From a virus, in the IMG/VR virus record IMGVR_UViG_3300025732_000030, positions 14,500 to 78,499 of that record: a DNA stretch of 64,000 bases; one strand, written 5' to 3'. The first letter of the stretch is position 1. Each line of letters starts with the position of its first letter. The position numbers and the translations under genes were made by a program. The notes beneath the pieces were generated by a model, which searched no databases, was not told the origin of the DNA, and worked only from the letters and a program-made list of their open reading frames with translations. Shown one piece after another: positions 10,301-17,914 of the stretch.

Positions 10301-11336
10301 TACTGCTATTAATACTGGAGGTATAGAACAAATTGATATGCCACAGGGTAAACCAAATACTGTATTATATGCTAATTCCCCATTAGCATATAAGCAAACA
10401 GAAAGTGCACCATCCCAATCTGTTAATCCTAAAAGTATTTGGGATCCTAATAGTGTAGTTCCTAATACAGTTAATCAAGATGTTCCACAAAATAATCTTG
10501 GTCCTGTTGGTTTTGGCACAACACAAAATACTCAACAAGGAGTACCACCATTATTACAAAGAACCAATGTTTCACAAACAGTAACTCAAAACCAGGCAGA
10601 TGCTCAGTCACCAAAAGATATTTGGGATCCAAATAATATTATATCTGGCTCAAATTCTAATGTATCTAGTACAAATCCTGTAGTACCACAAGTGGTTTCT
10701 CAATCTAATACAAGATTGATGGGAAATCCATTTGCAGATGCTCAACAAAATATATTTAATAAACAAGCTCCTACAAATCCATTTGGAGTAATTAGAAGAG
10801 CACATGGTGGTGAGATGGATTATATGCCAGACTATATGGCATATGGTGGTTATCTACCACAAGCGGGTCCTGGTATTGTAGTAGATCAACCAGAATTTAA
10901 TGATCCAAATTATATTGGTAAAGTAGTTGAAGAATCTGGATTTAGTTGGGATCCAAAACAATTGGGAGCAGACCTATTTGGTGGTAAAATGAGTTTAACA
11001 GGTATGGCTACATCAATTGGTGATGCATTTAAGAATGAGAAAAACTTTGATCAATATAGAAAGATGGCTAGATCTTCTGATGCAGCAACTCCAAATACTG
11101 GTCAGTCAGGTTTTGGTTCAGCTGAAGTACCTGGAAGTAATATGGGATACATGGGGGTAAATGATATAAACTCTGGAAGAAGAATTCAAGGTATTGGTTG
11201 GCAAGGTAATGAGGTAATCACTAAAAAAGGTGGTCAATTAGGTTCTAATTATAAAAAAGGAAGTGTTTATACATTAACAGCTAAGCAGATTCAAGAGATT
11301 GTTGCTGCGGGTGGTAAAGTAGAATATATAAAATAA
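7314..11336 (+). CDS. Large low-complexity putative head cargo protein
   Basis: 1340 aa ORF with T/Q/N/P-rich tracts, many xxGG motifs and a C-terminal motif shared with the previous ORF. Confidence 0.7.
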   Translation: MATKKVRIRKPNEGEQPGFISKLSKYTETKKEQSQYSDEDIYRYILTKVQEGDFPEQIIADLEKYKIPRSKVADTAYDLYDDYKRAAEEKKKESGKAPYDTENPYNTETASTEDETAEEVYDEEEDDEEIQEAQAGGQFIGNSIFPKPTKPYYVGADAEPYDNAYKTGGATSKRSFINKFVKDKLKQAAEGDEVQNNEFYLPPTGTIDDPMGKYTQKAKLFAKTVQNTGNQAVYKEQAEQAYNNYIQNMGGPMNQQDSHDPLEHLHIYGEALDHTLTQNTSGMADEFQFGGIKKLKEMGGNRRIRRANKALFGTPYAIPGVDVNYEFGPLGGLRKATADWDVSVLGDLVKFLPQRGGSFNSPFNAGYSLVSTPAKMRDKVIRTINNKALDEVAANTPGSDATRNNTTNNKAELTCPPGATYDANKGYCVDMNGRMVFSPSTMLTKDSSELLTNPFVNPYADQIPGSYENLKAKQAKTNVLTNAGVSPLQANTAPMSNIAWMGSNVGMFKETWTPEKLAFEKAAEPESYSDTNKPWYYFTDPSGKQYDTQYVESFDPLTGEPTFNKNYYKNKPADIYDKTAYYQKYIASSPYSYLLDENYRKANNINKFEDYTPEQRKQLYDYGQYSYLVTDKEGNEYSARSMAPDYKEQVYDPAVKAYKPQYDMGLYNEQVMESLGLTIPDPYQTGGFIDSENPDLYKFIYGGDDLYGEGGYLPKAEYGDWSKSRFNTGFKPRYSQQRERLTLDPAIMNPFGADGWRENAMNTFRQRVTEDRNKQGTTNNTTQPTTTTTNTQQGTNTQQGTNTQQGNNTQQGAPGTFNFIAPPSRRGIFGLTRDFNYGSGFSPVNWQVPEGTTSIREVAYKDRGKWYNPFDTKRIKEYYAMGLPGAENTTGQPAGTTTQPGTTPSTNQPGGTQTPSAQVRNVSGMTITNVDGNEAKGIDRKGRLVSGDLTGDRQMNRQDRRYQRRHGSPDEPQDPDLTALGFQPDMSNMQDMEEVPTAINTGGIEQIDMPQGKPNTVLYANSPLAYKQTESAPSQSVNPKSIWDPNSVVPNTVNQDVPQNNLGPVGFGTTQNTQQGVPPLLQRTNVSQTVTQNQADAQSPKDIWDPNNIISGSNSNVSSTNPVVPQVVSQSNTRLMGNPFADAQQNIFNKQAPTNPFGVIRRAHGGEMDYMPDYMAYGGYLPQAGPGIVVDQPEFNDPNYIGKVVEESGFSWDPKQLGADLFGGKMSLTGMATSIGDAFKNEKNFDQYRKMARSSDAATPNTGQSGFGSAEVPGSNMGYMGVNDINSGRRIQGIGWQGNEVITKKGGQLGSNYKKGSVYTLTAKQIQEIVAAGGKVEYIK
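9681..9752 (+). repeat. Four imperfect 18-bp tandem repeats encoding NTQQG(T/N/A)
   Basis: aatacacagcaaggaact / aatacccaacaaggtaca / aatacacagcaaggaaac / aatacacagcaaggtgca. Confidence 0.85.
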
Positions 11337-11342
11337 ACTAAC

Positions 11343-13988
11343 ATGCAATACAGAATAAAAATAGTTGAGGAACCAGAAATCTATAAAGTAAGAGTTACAG
11401 ATGTTCCTAAAGCTAAAACAGGCTATCAAGTTGATGGATCTCTGGCAAATGATATAACAGCATTTGGTGGAGGAAATATAAAACTTGATCAACCAAAAGC
11501 AGTTGCTAGAAAAACAATAACTAAAGTTCCAAGAGAAGAAGCAAATCTAGAAGCTGAAGGTGGGGAAACTGTATTAACATTTGATCCTAGTGGTTATCCA
11601 TTATTCTATGAAATTAAAGGCCCAAGACACAGTCAAAATGGTGTACCTTTAAATTTACCAGATGACAGTTTTATTTTCAGTGATACAAAATCTATGAAAA
11701 TAAGTGATCCAAATATATTAGAAATGTTTGGTAAGAAAGCTAAGAAAGGAGGATATACCCCGGCAGAACTATCTAAACAATATCTAAATATAAATAAACA
11801 TAGAGAAGTTCTACAAGATAAAGACTCAGATAAAATTGAGATTAAAACTGCACAGTTAATGATAAAGAAAAGCATCTTTAAATTAGGTGCATTAGCATTA
11901 GCTCAAGAATCTAAAAAAGGTTTTCCTCAAGGAATTCCTGTAGTTGCTAAAACTTATATGGAAGAAGCAGGTATATCTGAACAAGACATATTACCAAATG
12001 CTGAACAACCACAAGAAGGTGTGCCACAAGAAGGTCAACAACCTATACCTCAAGAACAAATGCTGCAAGGTGAAGCTCCTACTATGCCTGATGGTTCTCC
12101 AGTTGCTATGCCGGAAGAACTCTCTCAAGGACAACCTATGCCACAAGCACAGCCTACTATGGGCTATGGTGGAATTAATTTGAGAAGAGCAAGAGATGGA
12201 GAAGAAGTAACTTTAAATAAAATTAAAGAAAGAGTAAGAATGCAGTTAGAAAATGATGTGGCTGCAGATGATATAGTAGTTGCTTTAATTAAAGGTGGTA
12301 TAAATTTAGAAGATATACAAGATATATTTGTTAGTTTAAGAATTCCAGAACAACAAGCAAAAAGATTTGCATTACAAGGCTTGGAAAAATATCAACAAAT
12401 GGTTGCTGCTCAAAGACAACAACAACAGCAACAACAACCTCAAGGAATGCCAATGGTTGGCCCACAAGGACAAGGAGTGCCACCACAACAAATGGATCCA
12501 AGAATGATGCAGATGATAGCTCAACAGCAACAAATGCAACAAGCACCCATGGCAAAATATGGAATGATCCTAGGTGGTTTTGATATGCCACTTATTATGT
12601 CTGATGGAGGTTACTTAGACAGATTTGATCCTGGTGGCACACCTAGACCAAAAAATACTAAAAAAGTTGGTAAAGAAGAGTATAATGCAAGTGATTGGGA
12701 AACAAGAACAGATGAAACAGGAGAATACAAATACAATAAAAAAACTGGTGAAGTAATTGGAAAAGCTAAAGTTAAAACAAGAGAAGAAAGGGGACCAGTT
12801 ACTAGAGGTGGGGGATATACTAAAGAGCAAGTTTGTGCTTGGATGAAACAAGAAGGTGGAAACTATTATGGGTGGACTGCAGATGAAATAATTGCGGCAG
12901 GAATTGCTGCTCCATCACTTAAAGGATATTTACAAGGGTGTGAAGTAAAAGGAGAAACAGAAAGTGAAGAAGCTATATATATGGACGGAGAACCTGTTGT
13001 TGACTGTGAACCATGTTTAGACAAAGATGGAAAACCAATGGTAGATGCAAGTGGGCAACCTGTTGTAAGAACTAAAGATCCTACTACTGGGTTATGCTCT
13101 GATTGCCCTACAGAAACAACAGAAAAAGAATGTTACTGTACAGATCCTAATACTGGTCAAGAAGTTATTGTAGATTGTGGTACTAATTGTGATGAATGGG
13201 TAAAGAATCCAGAGCCAACACCTGTACAAGAACTTCCTGAAGATCAATTTGCATTAGCAACTTCTTTAGCTGCTCGTCCAGTTAATATAGCTCCAATTAG
13301 AGGTAGAGCTCCTGGTGTAAGGGAACAAGTTTTTGGTATTGATTATTTAAATCAAGCCATGTTAGCATCTGGTATGAATCAAGGTATGCAAAAAAATATG
13401 GCTCCGTTATTACAAAATAATCCTGGTGCTGCACTATCTGCTATGTTTACAGGACAACAAGAAGCTCAAAGAAATATTATGGGTGCTGCAGAAGCTGCAG
13501 ATAGATTTAATTCACAACAATCAAGTGCAATTAGTGCTAAAAATACAGCATGGCAAGATAAACAATTACAACAAGGTATAACTCAAGATGATTTATATAA
13601 TACCAGGTTTGCTACATATAAAGGAAATGTAGCACAGGATGACGCAAATTATTGGGCTAAAGCTAGTAATGACTATAGTAAATTAAAAGGTGATGCAAGA
13701 GCAGCTGCTGCTGCCAATGCTGGGCAGGGAATGAAATGGATATTTGGTCCTGGTGGTAGAGAATATATTGTTAATACTAATAACAAACAAATCACACCAG
13801 AAGCACCAGATAAAACTACAGCTGAAATGGTAGCAGATTATAAGAAACTGGGTTATGATCCTGATCAATCTATTAGACTTGCAGAACTTGATGTAAGAAG
13901 ACAACCAAAAGCAAAGTTTGGTGGAGTTATATATATGGGCAATGGTGGGTATATTTATGGAACTAATACATATCCATTTGAGTATTAA
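11343..13988 (+). CDS. Putative head cargo protein (EAEGGE...GPxH..GV domain)
   Basis: N-terminal ANLEAEGGETV...GPRHSQNGVPL...FIFSD domain, which I recognise from crAss-like cargo proteins, followed by Q/P/M-rich and Cys-rich segments. Confidence 0.65.
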   Translation: MQYRIKIVEEPEIYKVRVTDVPKAKTGYQVDGSLANDITAFGGGNIKLDQPKAVARKTITKVPREEANLEAEGGETVLTFDPSGYPLFYEIKGPRHSQNGVPLNLPDDSFIFSDTKSMKISDPNILEMFGKKAKKGGYTPAELSKQYLNINKHREVLQDKDSDKIEIKTAQLMIKKSIFKLGALALAQESKKGFPQGIPVVAKTYMEEAGISEQDILPNAEQPQEGVPQEGQQPIPQEQMLQGEAPTMPDGSPVAMPEELSQGQPMPQAQPTMGYGGINLRRARDGEEVTLNKIKERVRMQLENDVAADDIVVALIKGGINLEDIQDIFVSLRIPEQQAKRFALQGLEKYQQMVAAQRQQQQQQQPQGMPMVGPQGQGVPPQQMDPRMMQMIAQQQQMQQAPMAKYGMILGGFDMPLIMSDGGYLDRFDPGGTPRPKNTKKVGKEEYNASDWETRTDETGEYKYNKKTGEVIGKAKVKTREERGPVTRGGGYTKEQVCAWMKQEGGNYYGWTADEIIAAGIAAPSLKGYLQGCEVKGETESEEAIYMDGEPVVDCEPCLDKDGKPMVDASGQPVVRTKDPTTGLCSDCPTETTEKECYCTDPNTGQEVIVDCGTNCDEWVKNPEPTPVQELPEDQFALATSLAARPVNIAPIRGRAPGVREQVFGIDYLNQAMLASGMNQGMQKNMAPLLQNNPGAALSAMFTGQQEAQRNIMGAAEAADRFNSQQSSAISAKNTAWQDKQLQQGITQDDLYNTRFATYKGNVAQDDANYWAKASNDYSKLKGDARAAAAANAGQGMKWIFGPGGREYIVNTNNKQITPEAPDKTTAEMVADYKKLGYDPDQSIRLAELDVRRQPKAKFGGVIYMGNGGYIYGTNTYPFEY

Positions 13989-14033
13989 TAAACTTCAAAA
14001 ATTTATTAAACTTATAAAATTTTAATATATTTA
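13989..14033 (+). promoter_or_regulatory. Putative late promoter TAAACTT-N6-TTTA-N20-TATATTTA
   Basis: Second copy with identical spacing, in the intergenic gap before 14040. Confidence 0.55.
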
Positions 14034-14039
14034 CAATAT

Positions 14040-15554
14040 ATGGGAACTTATTTACAAGGTGTACAATCAATAATTCCATCACTGCAGCCGCATGATAATG
14101 GACTTAATGTTGTTGCTAACCTTTTACAATTAAAGCAGTCACAGTATGATTCAAATTATAAATCATTAAATAAGCTTTACGGTCAGTATTATTATGCAGA
14201 TCTAACAAGAACAGATAATCTTGAAAAAAGAGATAATACTGTAAGACAAATAGATTTTGATTTAAAAAGAATTTCTGGACTAGATCTTTCATTAGAACAA
14301 AATGTTAATCAAGCCATGCAAGTATTTAAACCATTTTATGAAGACACTTCATTAATGAAAGATATGGCTTGGACAAAAAACTTTAACATGCAGTTGGGAG
14401 AAGCAGAAGGATTAAATAAAAGTACTGATATAGATAGAAAAAAACTTTATTGGGAAGAAGGTGTTCAAGCTCTACAATATAAAAGAAAAGAGTTTATGGA
14501 AGCTTCCCCAGAAGAAGCAATGTCATTTGAGAATCCTATATATACTCCATATGTGAATGTCCAAGCTAAGTCAATGGAGATATTTAAAGACTCGGGAATT
14601 TCTATGGATGTGTCAGATACAGATGGTAACTATATAATAAGACAAAAAAATGGGGATATTTTAACTGAACCATTGAGCAAACTATTACAAGCACAGTTAT
14701 CATCAGATCCAATGGTAAGAGCTGTTTATGATACTAAAGCATATGTGAACAGAAAGAAATGGGTTTCTGCTAATGCATCAGAATATGGTGGAGAAAAACA
14801 AGCTGAGATGCAATATCTACAAGATGCTTATGGAAAAATGAAAAAAGAAACAGAAGACAGGCATGCTGATTATCAAGATGTTGCTAAAGCATATGATGCT
14901 AAAATTAAAGATATTAAAGCTCAAATAAATGCTAAAGGGAGTAGTCCAATGTTAGAAAAACAATTGCGCCAGTATGAAAGCAATAAACAAATTAATGATG
15001 AATTATTATCAAGCTCATCTAAACAATTAGAACAATTTAATAATGCATATTCAAGTAGTGGCAATACATCTACAGGATTTAAAAATCCATATGACAATAT
15101 TAACACTTTAAGATTTATTGTAGATAATAGTGTATCTAATAATTTCTTTTCTGAAGATGTAATGTTTGCTGCAGAAAGTCTTTCTAAAAGAGAAATGGTT
15201 AGAGATATTAAACCAGATCCATTTGCTGTCATTGATAGAAGGCATGCAAATAGAATGGCTGAAATAAATAAACAAGCTTACTATGATAAATATGATTATG
15301 ATGGAAACTTAAAACCTGTAAAATCTTCTAATACTGGAAAAGGAAAAGGAAGTGGAAGTAGTGGTGGTAATAATAGTGGTAGTGGTGCATTTACTCCTCC
15401 AGGATTAAATGGTGGTGGTGGTAACAACAATAATAATAACAATGGTAGTAATGGTAATAATACTCCAAAGCCCACTATTGTAAAAAATAAAAAAACAGGT
15501 GCTGTGACTATAAAAAAAGATGATGGCTCTTCTGTAACAATAGATCCTATATAA
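14040..15554 (+). CDS. Putative virion/ejection protein, coiled-coil with G/N/S-rich tail
   Basis: 504 aa ORF with its own upstream promoter-like motif, located directly before the giant genes. Confidence 0.65.
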   Translation: MGTYLQGVQSIIPSLQPHDNGLNVVANLLQLKQSQYDSNYKSLNKLYGQYYYADLTRTDNLEKRDNTVRQIDFDLKRISGLDLSLEQNVNQAMQVFKPFYEDTSLMKDMAWTKNFNMQLGEAEGLNKSTDIDRKKLYWEEGVQALQYKRKEFMEASPEEAMSFENPIYTPYVNVQAKSMEIFKDSGISMDVSDTDGNYIIRQKNGDILTEPLSKLLQAQLSSDPMVRAVYDTKAYVNRKKWVSANASEYGGEKQAEMQYLQDAYGKMKKETEDRHADYQDVAKAYDAKIKDIKAQINAKGSSPMLEKQLRQYESNKQINDELLSSSSKQLEQFNNAYSSSGNTSTGFKNPYDNINTLRFIVDNSVSNNFFSEDVMFAAESLSKREMVRDIKPDPFAVIDRRHANRMAEINKQAYYDKYDYDGNLKPVKSSNTGKGKGSGSSGGNNSGSGAFTPPGLNGGGGNNNNNNNGSNGNNTPKPTIVKNKKTGAVTIKKDDGSSVTIDPI

Positions 15555-15579
15555 TAATATTAATTTAATTTATAATAAC

Positions 15580-17904
15580 ATGCCTGATCCTCAATATAAA
15601 CAATATGATGACCCAACTATTCAAGTAGGTGATACTGTAATAGGACCTGATGGTAACAAAGGTGTTATTAGGCACTTAAAAGATAAATGGGGTCGGCCAT
15701 CTGATAGTAAATGGTATGGGTGGGATGATAAAAGTAAGATATATACTCAAGGTCCAAAAGCTACTGCAGTATCTGATACCATTAAAAAAATAATAAAGCC
15801 TATGACCACAGGAGACTTAAGTGGTACATGGTCAGAATGGGATTTTAATAATCCAAGAACAGCTGTACAAAGACCGGGTACTGTATTAGATAAACAAGAT
15901 ATATCAAAAGGAGTAACATTAAATCTTAATCAAGGGTATGATACCTATGTTAAACCTGCACTTACTGTTTCATTAGATCTATTGGAATCTTTAGAAAGTA
16001 CAGGTGCTATAAGTAAACAGGAAATATATGATATATTATCTCCAGGTACAGGAAAATCCACAGAATACAAAGACCCATTGGGTTATGATACAATGGATGA
16101 ATGGGTAAAAAAATATGATCCTGATTATTTTAAAGGAACAATATATGATAAAAATATATATAAAAGTGTTAAAGCCTATAAAAATGCAGTTGCAGAACAA
16201 GGTGCTGATTTTTTTCTTGCAAGAACTAATGTTGGTAGACGTACACAATATGATAAAAATGGTAAGCCAATAATGGCAGCAGACTATGGTACTACAAGAG
16301 ATATGCTTAGCACAATCCCACAAACAGATAAAGATATAAAAGAAGAAAATTATACAATGCAAGTTATAAATAAACTTTCAAGTTGGATTGGTAAAAATTC
16401 TGGATTAGATCCTGTTAAAAATGCTATGAAAATGCAAGACCTAGTGCCCTTACTAACAGCTGCTAATACATATGCATTGAATATGCAAGATGTAAAAGAT
16501 TTTCGAATAAAAGCCAAATCCAAAATTGTTAGTTCAATGTATAATGGTTTAAAAGATAGAAAAGATATTAAAGAGGAATTTGGAAAACCAGTATTTGATA
16601 AAAACAATAAGTTTGTGAAATATAATATGGACAATTTAAGATTTCAACTAGATAAATCTTTTGATGAAGCTGGAAACTTTGATCCTTACTTTATTCCAAA
16701 AACTAATTATGAAGGAGACTTAAGACATAAAAATTATTATGATAAAAAACTTTATGGAGATTCATTTAAACCTATTGATCTTTTTAGTCCTCATAAAGGC
16801 GGTAGAGAGGGTATGATTGATCCATCAGATTTAGAACCTTGGCAAAGACAAGAACTAGCATCATATAAAACATTTGATGATTTTATGGGAGCAGGGATGG
16901 GTGATATACAAAAAAGATCAAAAAAAGAAGCAATAAAAAAAGGATATCCTATTTACACAGATATAGGTGCTGGAACATATGTACCAGATGTTATTCCTTA
17001 TTCAGAAACTGGTATTGGTGAATTATTTGCTGATGAATTTCAAAAAGCTGTTAAAAATATTTATACAGATACAGATGACAGAAATGTATTAGGTTTAGGA
17101 TATAATAATATACCCTTTTTAGACTTTGCAGGTGCTGGTGGTACAGGAATTTCTGCAGATGCTTTATCAAAAAAAATAAGACTCAGTGCTGGAAAAAATT
17201 CTGATGCACTTGTTATTTGGAATACCTTTCTTAGGGATTGGGATAATGGAGATATAAAAAATAAAATTAATGGTAATGATAGATTAATTAGTTTTCATGG
17301 TGCTGGGACGGTTGGGTATAATGAGTCTTTAGGAGAAGATGAAGATATAGGTGATTCAAGTGAAAAAGGTATTAAATTAATTAATGACTTTATAGAGTGG
17401 ATACCTAATAATAGATCAACTGACTTTGGTATAACTGCATATAAATATGCTGTCAATTCTTTTGATAAATCTGCAATGGTTTTAAACTTTCCTCCTGCAT
17501 TTTTAAAAAGTAAAAAAGAAGATAAAACTAATGGTTATTTAACAGATACTGATATTAAGTTATTAGAACAACATGGTGCATCAATTATTGGAAATCAAGG
17601 AGATTTTAGTAATGAGCTAATGCTTGCACAAAAAACACCATTACAAACTCATATTGATTATAGAAAAAAATTTACTTGGACACACCCAACAGGTTTAGCA
17701 TCATATGAAATATTAAAAGGTAAACCCGGTGAAGCTGATTATAAAACTATCACAAGAATTTATGGTTTTAATGAAGATGGTTCATTTGGCAAAATATTAT
17801 CTGAACAAAGAAATTCTATAACAAATTTCAGAGATAATATTGATAAAGCATTAAATGATGCAGTAATTGAGTTAAATAACATAGTTAATGAAATGAATAA
17901 CTAA
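15580..17904 (+). CDS. Putative virion/ejection protein, function unknown
   Basis: 774 aa Cys-free ORF, co-oriented, 10 bp before the first giant gene. Confidence 0.65.
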   Translation: MPDPQYKQYDDPTIQVGDTVIGPDGNKGVIRHLKDKWGRPSDSKWYGWDDKSKIYTQGPKATAVSDTIKKIIKPMTTGDLSGTWSEWDFNNPRTAVQRPGTVLDKQDISKGVTLNLNQGYDTYVKPALTVSLDLLESLESTGAISKQEIYDILSPGTGKSTEYKDPLGYDTMDEWVKKYDPDYFKGTIYDKNIYKSVKAYKNAVAEQGADFFLARTNVGRRTQYDKNGKPIMAADYGTTRDMLSTIPQTDKDIKEENYTMQVINKLSSWIGKNSGLDPVKNAMKMQDLVPLLTAANTYALNMQDVKDFRIKAKSKIVSSMYNGLKDRKDIKEEFGKPVFDKNNKFVKYNMDNLRFQLDKSFDEAGNFDPYFIPKTNYEGDLRHKNYYDKKLYGDSFKPIDLFSPHKGGREGMIDPSDLEPWQRQELASYKTFDDFMGAGMGDIQKRSKKEAIKKGYPIYTDIGAGTYVPDVIPYSETGIGELFADEFQKAVKNIYTDTDDRNVLGLGYNNIPFLDFAGAGGTGISADALSKKIRLSAGKNSDALVIWNTFLRDWDNGDIKNKINGNDRLISFHGAGTVGYNESLGEDEDIGDSSEKGIKLINDFIEWIPNNRSTDFGITAYKYAVNSFDKSAMVLNFPPAFLKSKKEDKTNGYLTDTDIKLLEQHGASIIGNQGDFSNELMLAQKTPLQTHIDYRKKFTWTHPTGLASYEILKGKPGEADYKTITRIYGFNEDGSFGKILSEQRNSITNFRDNIDKALNDAVIELNNIVNEMNN

Positions 17905-17914
17905 TTAATATATA

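Noticed and set aside
15554-15580. Frameshift or readthrough joining ORFs 14040 and 15580
   Set aside because: There are tandem TAA stops and an AT-rich spacer with a good ATG, and no slippery site or stimulatory structure is visible.
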